Under the pieces are notes generated by a model that saw only the letters and a list, made by a program, of their open reading frames with translations, did no database searches and was not told where the DNA came from. A stretch of DNA of 62,115 nucleotides, from sequence record DRR378314_172; one strand, 5' to 3'. The position numbers and the translations under genes were made by a program. Shown piece after piece: positions 9,893-19,132 of the stretch (position 1 is its first letter; the number at the start of each line of letters is the position of its first letter).

Positions 9893-10998
9893 ATTCGCCG
9901 GTTCCCGCCCCTGTCGCCCCCCGCGCCAGCGACGTTTTGGAGAAACGTGACAGGCAGAAACGGTCTGCCACTGGTGTCGGCCTGTTCACGCTGTTGCGCG
10001 AATTGGAACGCCGCGCTGACAACAAGCCCGCCATCGGTCAGAACAAGCGCTTGCGCGATGCGATCGTGCATCTGGGGCAGGATCCGGCGCTGGCCTTCCC
10101 GACCCGCGACGTCGCACGGGTTGATCTAAGTGAGAGCACACCGCGCTTGCGGGCGCAATTCATGGGGTTGTTCGGTGCCTTCGGCGCCCTGCCGCTCAAC
10201 TGGACCGAAGAGGTCGAGTCCTGGTTCGCGGCCGGGGATGAGAGCTTTGTCGCGTTCTGCGATATTTTCACCGCCCGTTTCCAAGAGCTGTTCTTCCGCG
10301 CCTGGTCCGACGCACAACCGATTACCCAGTTTGACCACGCCGACAGTGATCGCTTTCAGGCCTACATCCTGTCCCTCCTGGGCTGCGGTTCAGCCGCTGT
10401 CCGCACGTCCAAGCAGCTCGATGACATGACCAAGCTGCATCTGGCACCGCTTGCGGTCGGCCGGGTCAAAAGCCCGGTACGGCTGCGACAAATGCTGGAA
10501 CTGCGGTTCGATGGGCGCGCGACCTTTCGCATCGAGGAACATGTGCCCTGCTGGCTTGCCCTGGAACCCGACGCCCTCTGTCTGCTCGGCGATCAGGGAT
10601 GTACATTGGGCGAAAACGCGGTTCTCGGAGGTCACGTGCAATCGCTAAGTGCCAAGATCCGTATCCATGTGATGCTACGCGATCTTGGTCAGTACCAGCG
10701 CTTCCTGCCGGGCGGCGCCGATCATGCGGCACTGCAGGCCATCGTGTTCTGGTATTTGGGTCAGGCCTTCGACATCGAAACCGCGCTGTGGCTGCCCCGC
10801 CCCGAGATCTCCACTGCAGTGCTCGGCCAGAGCACGCAGGTTGGCTGGCTGGCCTGTATCGGCCCTGTTGCAACGCCAGAGCCGGGCGCCCCACCCGGTG
10901 CCCAGCCCATCACCGCCGCAGATCATATGCAGGTCAGCCGCTATCCGCTCCTGCCCGAACCCTTTGTCGACGATGAATTGAAGTCCACCGCAGCCTGA
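9889..10998 (+). CDS. tssG: T6SS baseplate subunit TssG
   Basis: LGQDPALAFP, FMGLFGAFGALPL, FCDIFTARFQELFFRAW, YQRFLPGG; overlaps the tssF stop. Confidence 0.93.
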   Translation: MNSPVPAPVAPRASDVLEKRDRQKRSATGVGLFTLLRELERRADNKPAIGQNKRLRDAIVHLGQDPALAFPTRDVARVDLSESTPRLRAQFMGLFGAFGALPLNWTEEVESWFAAGDESFVAFCDIFTARFQELFFRAWSDAQPITQFDHADSDRFQAYILSLLGCGSAAVRTSKQLDDMTKLHLAPLAVGRVKSPVRLRQMLELRFDGRATFRIEEHVPCWLALEPDALCLLGDQGCTLGENAVLGGHVQSLSAKIRIHVMLRDLGQYQRFLPGGADHAALQAIVFWYLGQAFDIETALWLPRPEISTAVLGQSTQVGWLACIGPVATPEPGAPPGAQPITAADHMQVSRYPLLPEPFVDDELKSTAA

Positions 10999-11029
10999 TA
11001 GGCGACGGTACAATCGAGGCCCATATTTG

Positions 11030-13747
11030 ATGACCGAAATCACCATTGAGAAATACGCCGGCAAGATGAACCGCGCCGGCTATGACGCCTTCCTGCACAG
11101 CATGCGCGAGGCCCGTGGCGCCCGCAACCGCTATGTCGATCTGTGTCACTGGCTGTTTCATTCGGTGTCGAACCAGAACGCCGACATCTCCGTCACCCTG
11201 CGCCAGCTGAACCTGGACCGGGGCCGCGTGCTCAAGGATCTGTCGGCGGCGATGGATCGGCTGGACAAGAATGTCACCGAAACCCCCGGCATCAGCGATC
11301 ATCTCGCGGATGCGCTGAACCACGCCTGGACCTATGCGACGCTGTTTTTCGGCGAGGCGCAGATCCGCACCGGCCATGTGCTCACCGCGCTGCTGAATGA
11401 CCCGTCGCTGCGGCGCCAGCTGCTGCGTTACTCCTCGGTGTTCGAACAGATCTCCGCCGAGCAGCTTGGCCAGGACAGCCGCAGCCTCTGGACCGGCAGC
11501 GAAGAGGACAGCATGCGCCCGATGGACGGCGCCAACCTCTCCACCGCCGAGGATGCGGCGGAGGGCGGCGCGGGCAAGGGCGGCACCACCGCGCTGGGAC
11601 GCTTTGCCAAGGACATGACCGCAGCCGCCGCCGAGATGGACCCGATCAAGGGCCGCAACGACGAGATCCGCCAGCTGACCGACGTGCTGCTGCGCCGGCG
11701 CCAGAACAACCCGATCCTCACCGGCGAGGCCGGGGTCGGCAAGACTGCCGTGGTCGAGGGCTTTGCCCAGCTCCTGGCGGCGGGCGACGTGCCGCCCAAG
11801 CTCAAGGGCACCCGCCTGTTCGAACTGGACATCCAGTCGATGCAGGCCGGCGCCTCGATCAAGGGCGAGTTCGAACAGCGGCTGAAATCGGTGATCGACG
11901 AGGTGCAATCGGCGCCCGAGCCGATCATCCTGTTCATCGACGAGGCCCATACGCTGATCGGCGCCGGGGGGCAGGCGGGCACCGGCGATGCCGCCAACCT
12001 GCTGAAACCGGCGCTGGCGCGCGGCACCCTGCGCACCATCGCCGCCACCACCTGGAGCGAGTACCGCCAGCATATCGAGAAAGATCCGGCCCTGACCCGG
12101 CGTTTCCAGCCGGTCAATGTCGACGAGCCCTCGGTCGAGGTCTGCTGCGACATGCTGCGCGGCATCCTCGGCCCGATGCAGGCGCATCACAACGTGCGGA
12201 TCTCCGACGCCGCCATCGTCAGCGCCGTGACCCTGTCGCATCGCTACATTCCGGCGCGGCAGCTGCCCGACAAGGCGGTGTCACTGCTCGATACCGCCTG
12301 CGCCCGCGTCGCCCTCAGCCAGTCCGCCCTGCCCGCCCGCATCACCGCCACCCGTGCCCGGATCGAGGCGCTGGAGGCCGAGCTGGACGGCAAGACTGCC
12401 GCCCGCGACCTCGGCGAGGTGCATGACGAACGCCTCATCGAGATCCGGACCGAAATCGCAGAGCTGTCCGACCGGCTGGCGACGCTGGACACCAGTTACA
12501 CCCGCGAGAAGGAGATCGTCGATCAGGTGCTGGACCTGCGCGCCCGGCTGCACGCGCAGGACGCTGCAACGCCCGGCGCGACCGACCTCGAGACAGACGA
12601 GACGGCGGACGCCGGGCCACCGCCGGCAGAGGCTGCAGACGACACGCCGCAGATCGACCCCGACGCCCTGCGCGCCGAGATGCAGAGCCACATGACCGCA
12701 CTGGACGGCGCCAACCCGGACGACCGCATGGTCTTTGCCCATGTGGATGCGCAGGCGGTGGCCTCGGTGATTTCCGACTGGACCGGCATCCCGGCGGGCC
12801 GGATGATGCAGGACGAGCTGGACGCGGTGCTGAACCTCGCGGACGACCTGCGCGCCCGCGTCATCGGTCAGGACCACGGGCTCCAGTCCATCGCCAAACG
12901 CATCGAGATCAGCCGCGCCGGTCTTGGCAATCCCAACAAGCCGATCGGCGTCTTCATGCTCTGCGGCCCCTCCGGCGTCGGCAAGACTGAAACCGCCCTG
13001 GCCCTGGCCGAGACGCTTTATGGCGGGGAACAGAACGTCATCACCATCAACATGAGCGAATTCCAGGAGGCCCATACGGTCTCGCTGCTGAAAGGCGCGC
13101 CTCCGGGCTATGTCGGCTATGGCGAAGGCGGGCGGCTCACCGAGGCGGTGCGGCGCAAGCCCTATTCGGTGGTGCTGTTGGACGAGGTCGAAAAGGCCCA
13201 CCCGGATGTGCATGAGATCTTCTTCCAGGTCTTCGACAAGGGGGTGATGGAGGATGGCAACGGCCGGGTGATCGACTTCAAGAACACGCTGATCCTGCTC
13301 ACCTCCAACGTCGGCACCGAGGTGATCATGGACCGGGCGCCCGATGACGGCAGCGCCCCCGACCTCGAGGCGCTGGAGGTTGCGCTGAAACCCAGCCTGC
13401 TGGAGGTCTTCCCGCCGGCGCTGCTGGGCCGCATCGTCACCGTGCCCTATCTGCCGCTCGGCGCGAAGGTGCTCGGCGGCATCACCCGTCTGAAACTCGC
13501 GGCGGTGGAAAACCGCCTCAAGGGGGCCCATGGCACCGAGCTGGTCTATGGCGCCGATGTCATCGACCATATCACCAGTCTGTGCCGCGACCCGGACAGC
13601 GGCGGGCGGATGATCGACAATATCATCACCAATTCGATCCTGCCGGAGCTGAGCCGCAAGGTCCTCAAGACCCTCAGCAGCGGCGGCGAGATCCATCGCG
13701 TCATCGTCAGCGCCGATGCGGACGGGTTCCACTACGTACTGAGCTGA
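11030..13747 (+). CDS. tssH: T6SS AAA+ ATPase TssH/ClpV
   Basis: Two AAA+ modules (RRRQNNPILTGEAGVGKTA; GPSGVGKTETA), LLKGAPPGYVGYGEGGRLTEAVRRKPYSVVLLDEVEKAH; ClpV-type N-domain; T6SS context. Confidence 0.96.
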   Translation: MTEITIEKYAGKMNRAGYDAFLHSMREARGARNRYVDLCHWLFHSVSNQNADISVTLRQLNLDRGRVLKDLSAAMDRLDKNVTETPGISDHLADALNHAWTYATLFFGEAQIRTGHVLTALLNDPSLRRQLLRYSSVFEQISAEQLGQDSRSLWTGSEEDSMRPMDGANLSTAEDAAEGGAGKGGTTALGRFAKDMTAAAAEMDPIKGRNDEIRQLTDVLLRRRQNNPILTGEAGVGKTAVVEGFAQLLAAGDVPPKLKGTRLFELDIQSMQAGASIKGEFEQRLKSVIDEVQSAPEPIILFIDEAHTLIGAGGQAGTGDAANLLKPALARGTLRTIAATTWSEYRQHIEKDPALTRRFQPVNVDEPSVEVCCDMLRGILGPMQAHHNVRISDAAIVSAVTLSHRYIPARQLPDKAVSLLDTACARVALSQSALPARITATRARIEALEAELDGKTAARDLGEVHDERLIEIRTEIAELSDRLATLDTSYTREKEIVDQVLDLRARLHAQDAATPGATDLETDETADAGPPPAEAADDTPQIDPDALRAEMQSHMTALDGANPDDRMVFAHVDAQAVASVISDWTGIPAGRMMQDELDAVLNLADDLRARVIGQDHGLQSIAKRIEISRAGLGNPNKPIGVFMLCGPSGVGKTETALALAETLYGGEQNVITINMSEFQEAHTVSLLKGAPPGYVGYGEGGRLTEAVRRKPYSVVLLDEVEKAHPDVHEIFFQVFDKGVMEDGNGRVIDFKNTLILLTSNVGTEVIMDRAPDDGSAPDLEALEVALKPSLLEVFPPALLGRIVTVPYLPLGAKVLGGITRLKLAAVENRLKGAHGTELVYGADVIDHITSLCRDPDSGGRMIDNIITNSILPELSRKVLKTLSSGGEIHRVIVSADADGFHYVLS

Positions 13748-13781
13748 GCCTTTTAACACTGGTATATTTGAGAGAGTTCCC

Positions 13782-14540
13782 ATGCCCGAAACACTTGCAA
13801 CCGGCAGCTGCACCATCAACACCGACAACCGCGAGATCACACTGGAAGAGACATTGCTCTACGTGATCGAGATCAACAACGAGATGGCAGAGGCCAGCGG
13901 CATCGATCTGGTCACCGCGGGCACCGCCGGTATCGACGCCGCCGGGGCGGCCCAGCTGGTGCGCACCCTCGGCCTCAGCGGGCGGGCCTATATCAAGAAT
14001 CTCAACGGCAAGGACTACGTGATCATCAAGGGCTATCCCGGCCAGCGCGCAATGCTGCGCGGCACCCGGTATCTGGCCAGCAACCCCAAGGTGGCAAAGA
14101 TGGTGCTTGGCGCCAAAAGCCTCGGCAAGGGCGCGGTGCGCATGACCGGCGTCGCCGTGGTCGCCTTTGCCGCACTGCGGGTGGTGGAACATGTGCTGTC
14201 CGACAACGACCCCCGACTGACCCAGCTGCTGGGCACCATCGCCTCGGATGTGGGCAAATTCGCCATCGCTGCCGGGGCCGGCTTCCTGGTCGGCGCAGCG
14301 GTCGGCACCCTCACCACCATCGCCGCCGGTCCGGTGATCGCCGCCATCGTGGTTGGCATCGGCGTGTCGATCCTGTTGGATCGCGTGGACCGGAAGTTCG
14401 GCCTGACCGAGACGCTGGTTCGGGCGATCGAGGACACGGTGGATTCCTTTGAAAACCCGCTGCGGATTCTGGCCCGGCAAATCCGCGCCTGGGAAGAGCA
14501 TCTGGTCAATCAGGCCCTCGGCCACATCGGACCGCGCTGA
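13782..14540 (+). CDS. Putative Tme-like membrane-disrupting T6SS effector
   Basis: 252 aa; core YIKNLNGKDYVIIKGYPGQR..LRGTRYLASNPKV followed by hydrophobic Gly/Ala-rich helices and LDRVDRKFGLTETLV. This resembles the Tme domain (recognised by eye). Directly after clpV and coupled to a small membrane protein. Confidence 0.65.
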   Translation: MPETLATGSCTINTDNREITLEETLLYVIEINNEMAEASGIDLVTAGTAGIDAAGAAQLVRTLGLSGRAYIKNLNGKDYVIIKGYPGQRAMLRGTRYLASNPKVAKMVLGAKSLGKGAVRMTGVAVVAFAALRVVEHVLSDNDPRLTQLLGTIASDVGKFAIAAGAGFLVGAAVGTLTTIAAGPVIAAIVVGIGVSILLDRVDRKFGLTETLVRAIEDTVDSFENPLRILARQIRAWEEHLVNQALGHIGPR

Positions 14541-14926
14541 TGCCCCGCCCCCTCGCCATCACCATTCTGGCCGGCTTTGCGCTGTTTGGGCTTGTGGTGG
14601 CGGGCTGGGGTCTATGGGACATTGCCGCCGCCCTCACCGCCCTGTCGGACTGTGCAGGGCAGGTCATCTTGGACAGCAGCGCCTTCTGGTTTCTGGCGAT
14701 GGCAGTGCTACCGCTGTTCCTGCTGCTGGCGCGTCTGGATCAACGCAATCACACGCGCCTGCTGGCGGGGATTGTGGCGCTGGCGATCACGCTGCCCGCC
14801 GGTGGCTTCGTGATGGTGCAGCATCGCGCGGCAACGACGGGGCATAGCTTTGTTCCCCCACTCACGCTGTTTGCCCTGCGCGAGGTCACGGCAGCCCGCC
14901 CGCCAGCCTGCGACATTGACAGCTAG
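14540..14926 (+). CDS. Putative immunity protein (DUF1240/Tmi-like, about 3 TM)
   Basis: 128 aa, three hydrophobic segments, C-terminal Cys; start overlaps the effector stop (TGATG), the usual effector-immunity layout. Confidence 0.55.
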   Translation: MPRPLAITILAGFALFGLVVAGWGLWDIAAALTALSDCAGQVILDSSAFWFLAMAVLPLFLLLARLDQRNHTRLLAGIVALAITLPAGGFVMVQHRAATTGHSFVPPLTLFALREVTAARPPACDIDS

Positions 14927-17073
14927 AGCTGCGCCAGCAACGCATCAATCTGTGACATGTAGGCCTTGACCTCGGGCGGGATGGCAACGACCGCACGCCG
15001 CCCCCCCTCCTGCATCTTGCGATCCGCCCAGGCCAGCAGATCGGCAATCCGGTCGCCCTCCAGGAACGGATTTGCCGCCACCACCTGAGCGCCCAGAACC
15101 TCCTCGACGCTCAGCTCCGGATCGCTAGCCAGCGCCCGATGCGCCCCTTCCGCGCCGAGGAAATGCGCCAGATACAACCGCCCGGCGGTGACCTGATGGC
15201 CGCGGGCGCGCAGATAGGTCTCACCTTCCTGCGCCAGGCGGCGCACCATCTCCCGGCTCAAGACGGGATCATTGCGCAACTCCAGAAGCTCGGCCCGCGA
15301 AAGCTCCGCGACAAGATCAGGCCGGTAGCTGGTCATCATCCGGACCCAGGTGCTGGCGATGAACTGCCCGGCCCCCGTGGCCGAGGACAACGGGTTCTGC
15401 GCATCGGCGCGCCCGCCGCTCTCCACCTGGATGATACGGTCGACCAACGCCGCCACCGCGCCGCTGCCGAATTGCGCCGGATCGGTGGGCCGCCCGCCGA
15501 CCCAGAGCTCAAAATGCAGATGCGGCCCGGTGGAGCGTCCGGTGGAGCCGACAAACCCGATCTGCGCCCCGGCGGCCACGTGTACCCCGGGCGAGATCCC
15601 GTCGGCAAACCCCTGTAGGTGAGCGTATCGGGTCTCCACGCCATCTGCATGACTGATCGCCACCAGATTGCCATAGCTGCCGCTGTCCCCGGCCAGGCGG
15701 ATCTCGCCGGCGCGCGCCGCATAGACCGGCGTGCCTTCGGGGGCGGCCCAGTCGACACCATTGTGCGGCAGCATCTTGTCGCGGATCGGATGCATCCGCA
15801 TGCCAAAGCCGCTGGTCTTCACGCCGGTCACCGGAATTGCCAGCCCGGCCCCCAGCCGCATCCCGCCGCCACCACCGCTGGCACCATCGAAACACCCAAA
15901 ACTTGCCTCCGGCCCGGATTTCTGCGTGACATAGCATTGCATGCTTTCCGAGGACCCTTCGATACCGGCATACAGGATCTGGCCCGCGCTCCCCTCCTCA
16001 ACATCGCTGGAGAACAGAAGAACCAGACGCTCCCCCTCCTCAGCCAATCGCTCCAGATCGAACCGCCGCGACATCATCACGATCAACTCGCCGACGAGCC
16101 CGGTCGAAACACCATTGCGCAGCGCCGTGGAATAGAGCGCATCCATCAGGCGCACACTCCGCCCCGGCACATCTTGTCCCATCAGCTGATCGGAGCGTTG
16201 CAACAGATCCTGCTCGGCCCATGGATCGGCAGCCCGAGCGAACCGGCCAGGGCCATTCTGCGCCAGACTCGCCAGATACCTGTCCGGCGCATAGAGCGAC
16301 AGCTGCAGCAGCTGGCGCCCTTGCACCACCTCCGGGCCGGTTCTGGAGCGCAAGGCGACCACGCTGCCCGCGTCTATCTCGCCCTCCACGCCAGCAATAC
16401 GGTTGACCGCAGAGGCGATCGCTTCGGCTTGCGCGATGTCGAACCCGGCGTCGGTCAGCACGTCCAGCAACATCTGCCGCGTATTCAATATGATGATATC
16501 ATCATCAAACAGCGCGGTTCGCCGAGTTCCAGGCGTTGCCAATGCGACACTGGCATCCCGCTGCGCAATTTCCGATCCGCCGTCGGTGCTGTCCCCACCA
16601 TGCAGAGCATCCCTGCGCTGCGCCTGAAACAACGCAAAATCATCCCTGCCGGACGGCAACTGCAGCACCAGATTGCGCCCGCTCGCTACAAGGTCATCCT
16701 GCAATGCCGACAGGCGATTCATCTGTGCGCGACCGCTGGTGGCAAGCGCGCCATCGGATGGAAGCGCAAGATCCTGAACCCTGTCCCCATCGCCTTCATC
16801 GACATGAAGCAACATCGGCGCACGGCGCAAATTCAACATTGCGCGCACCCGCGCCTGTCGGACGGACGGTTCCGGCGCGATCGTTTCCGTAGGCACCATC
16901 GCAAGATCCGTATCCACATCAGGCCCGCGGTCACTGCTGAGCCAGATCCCGAGCCCCGCCAGCACGGCCAACGCTGCACCGCCTCCGAGCAACCGTAGCG
17001 CAAGGCGGCGGCGGCGACGTTTGCGTGCTTGTGCCGTCGCCCGCTGAAATGCCGGATCGATTGAGTAGGACAC
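14923..17073 (-). CDS. Membrane-anchored M23 metallopeptidase fused to a lysozyme-like lytic transglycosylase domain
   Basis: N-terminal basic stretch plus TM helix (RKRRRRRLALRLLGGGAALAVLAGLGIWL); M23 motifs HNGVD and STGPHLHFE; C-terminal IIQVESGG...SSATGAGQF..STW...LYLAHFLG transglycosylase motifs. Confidence 0.85.
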   Translation of the reverse strand: MSYSIDPAFQRATAQARKRRRRRLALRLLGGGAALAVLAGLGIWLSSDRGPDVDTDLAMVPTETIAPEPSVRQARVRAMLNLRRAPMLLHVDEGDGDRVQDLALPSDGALATSGRAQMNRLSALQDDLVASGRNLVLQLPSGRDDFALFQAQRRDALHGGDSTDGGSEIAQRDASVALATPGTRRTALFDDDIIILNTRQMLLDVLTDAGFDIAQAEAIASAVNRIAGVEGEIDAGSVVALRSRTGPEVVQGRQLLQLSLYAPDRYLASLAQNGPGRFARAADPWAEQDLLQRSDQLMGQDVPGRSVRLMDALYSTALRNGVSTGLVGELIVMMSRRFDLERLAEEGERLVLLFSSDVEEGSAGQILYAGIEGSSESMQCYVTQKSGPEASFGCFDGASGGGGGMRLGAGLAIPVTGVKTSGFGMRMHPIRDKMLPHNGVDWAAPEGTPVYAARAGEIRLAGDSGSYGNLVAISHADGVETRYAHLQGFADGISPGVHVAAGAQIGFVGSTGRSTGPHLHFELWVGGRPTDPAQFGSGAVAALVDRIIQVESGGRADAQNPLSSATGAGQFIASTWVRMMTSYRPDLVAELSRAELLELRNDPVLSREMVRRLAQEGETYLRARGHQVTAGRLYLAHFLGAEGAHRALASDPELSVEEVLGAQVVAANPFLEGDRIADLLAWADRKMQEGGRRAVVAIPPEVKAYMSQIDALLAQL

Positions 17074-17085
17074 CGCGCGCCCGGC

Positions 17086-18528
17086 CTAGCGGAAGACGCC
17101 GCCCAGAGCAGCGCCCGGAGCAATCTGGGTCTGAGCAGGCGCAGGGTTGGCCGGAGCTTGCGCCGCCGGGCGGGACGCTGCAGGGGCGGTGGTTGTCCGA
17201 GGCGGTGATATGGCGGCAATCGGCTGTGTACAAGTCACGTCCTCACGCCCGATAATTGCACGAAACAGCGACACGCTGGCGGCTTGTGTCGGAGCTGGGA
17301 CGCCAACTTCGGTATAATAGCGTTGGACGGCGCGTTGCGATCCCGGCCCCCAGGCACCGTCGACGCGGCTGGTATAACATCCCATACGGGCCAGCTCCTG
17401 CTGCAATGCCTGTACCAGAACAGGGCCCGGCGGATCAAAGGCACCGCTGGAAACCAAATTGGCAAACAACTCCGGGTTCTGTCGCTGCAGCTGCTGGCGT
17501 GCCTCTACACTATCATAGCTGATCTCGCTGCCCGACAGGTCCGACGGATCCAACGCCGCCGAGAATCTCTGATCCGCGCCTTCAACAAGGCCGACGATAA
17601 TAGAGGGTTCAGGCAGGCCTTCTGCACGGGGCACCTCAGCCAGCTGTGGTGATGGAACAGGTGAGAAGATCATCACCTGAGATTGTGCATCAGGCTGGAC
17701 CAGCGGACGCGCCTCGGTGGTCCCAGGGCTGCGCACCGGGGTCAGGCCGACAGAAGCACTGGCCGGAATGTTGGCCGGAGCACTGGCCGGGGTCACTCGC
17801 ACCACATCAGTGATCATCACCTGATCGCTGCGCGGGGTATCAGCGGATGCAGTCTCCGGGGGGATCACTTCAACCTGTGGCAACTGTTGCGCAGAGCCCT
17901 GTCGCAGAAAGGGCACCAGAACGGATACAGGGGCGGCAGAAGGTTTTGACGCATTTCGAAGCGCATCGCTGAGCCGCTCGCCTTCGACCGGACACGCCGC
18001 GCCTGCTTCGGCGCTGGCTGCGATAACCAATGTGAAACGGTTCGAGATACCTGGATCCGGCAAAGCGGAGGCGCGGTCAGTGTCTCCTGCGCAATTCTCC
18101 ACCAACAGCAGCAAATGCCTCAGCCCATCATCCGCAAGGGTCTCGATACGCGGAGCCAATGGAACGTCACGTCCATCCACGCGCATCATATCGTCGGCAA
18201 GCGGGCCAGCATAATAGAGGACAAGCCGTGAGTGCCCCCGCAGGTCGGCAAAGGCCGCATCAACCGCGTCAATGTTGGTGTTGCGCAACAGAACAGGTGC
18301 CTGGCTGCCCCAGCTCTGCACTGCTTCCGCCGCATAATAGGAATCTGCAAAGGCGCGTCCCGCCCCCTGCCCGGTATCTCCAACAACCAGCGCAGGCCAA
18401 TCCTGCGCCATGCCGAAGCTGCCGATGACGCAACCAAAGGCGCCGAGCACAAAAGAAGACCACCGAGGAGCAAACGTCAAAACAAGCCTCAACGCACAAT
18501 GGGAAGAATTGCTATCTCTATTTCGCAA
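17086..18528 (-). CDS. Exported caspase-like (probably inactive) protein with C-terminal peptidoglycan-binding domain
   Basis: Signal-like N-terminus; caspase-fold-like strands ALVVG, LVLYYAG and LLLVENC; C-terminal LQQELARMGCYTSRVDGAWGPGSQRA (PG_binding_1-like). Start codon uncertain (TTG). Confidence 0.6.
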   Translation of the reverse strand: MRNRDSNSSHCALRLVLTFAPRWSSFVLGAFGCVIGSFGMAQDWPALVVGDTGQGAGRAFADSYYAAEAVQSWGSQAPVLLRNTNIDAVDAAFADLRGHSRLVLYYAGPLADDMMRVDGRDVPLAPRIETLADDGLRHLLLLVENCAGDTDRASALPDPGISNRFTLVIAASAEAGAACPVEGERLSDALRNASKPSAAPVSVLVPFLRQGSAQQLPQVEVIPPETASADTPRSDQVMITDVVRVTPASAPANIPASASVGLTPVRSPGTTEARPLVQPDAQSQVMIFSPVPSPQLAEVPRAEGLPEPSIIVGLVEGADQRFSAALDPSDLSGSEISYDSVEARQQLQRQNPELFANLVSSGAFDPPGPVLVQALQQELARMGCYTSRVDGAWGPGSQRAVQRYYTEVGVPAPTQAASVSLFRAIIGREDVTCTQPIAAISPPRTTTAPAASRPAAQAPANPAPAQTQIAPGAALGGVFR

Positions 18529-18569
18529 CCATACCTTGCACCGCCTAGAGAAGCGACCGGAAGATCGCG

Positions 18570-18992
18570 CTAATCATCTGTAGAGCGCAGAAAAAATGAC
18601 CAACTGCTCGATTGCTCCGTGTCAACCTCGTGAAAGCGCGCGTCGATAAAGCCACGAGTCAGGCACTCTTCCTCGCCACGGATGAAGAACCGGCCGGTAT
18701 CCACACACATCGGAGTGGCCCCATCCAGCAACGCCCGTCCAAACACATCTTTGGCAAAGACATACACAAACCGCGACGTCAGGTTTTCGCTGATCACCTC
18801 TGCGCATTGATTGGGTCCGACGACCCACCATCCTGAACTCTCGAACGCCCCGTCATCATAGGCCGCCACCGCAACATTGGCGACGTCCAGGGTCTGATTG
18901 CAGAATGTGAACTCGGCACGCGCCGGCCCTGCGATGTACAGACCGGCACACAGGGCCGCGCCGAAAACAGCTTTTAACATATTGATGTACAT
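18570..18992 (-). CDS. DUF1036 family exported protein
   Basis: Signal peptide ending ARA, then FTFCNQT...SSGWWVVGPNQC...FVYVFAKD...C..RGF..ARFHEVDT, the DUF1036 pattern. Confidence 0.8.
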   Translation of the reverse strand: MYINMLKAVFGAALCAGLYIAGPARAEFTFCNQTLDVANVAVAAYDDGAFESSGWWVVGPNQCAEVISENLTSRFVYVFAKDVFGRALLDGATPMCVDTGRFFIRGEEECLTRGFIDARFHEVDTEQSSSWSFFLRSTDD

Positions 18993-19132
18993 GCTTTCTT
19001 ATAACGTCCACCCTCCGTCGAAGCATTCTTGGATGACGCGACACACGAGGACTTGGCAACATTTTGTCACCCTACACCATGAAGTTGAACGAAATGACTG
19101 GCAATCGCCATTTGGAAGTCTACAATTGAGGT

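Noticed and set aside
10934-13840. 435-aa and 519-aa minus-strand ORFs
   Set aside because: Antisense shadows of clpV.
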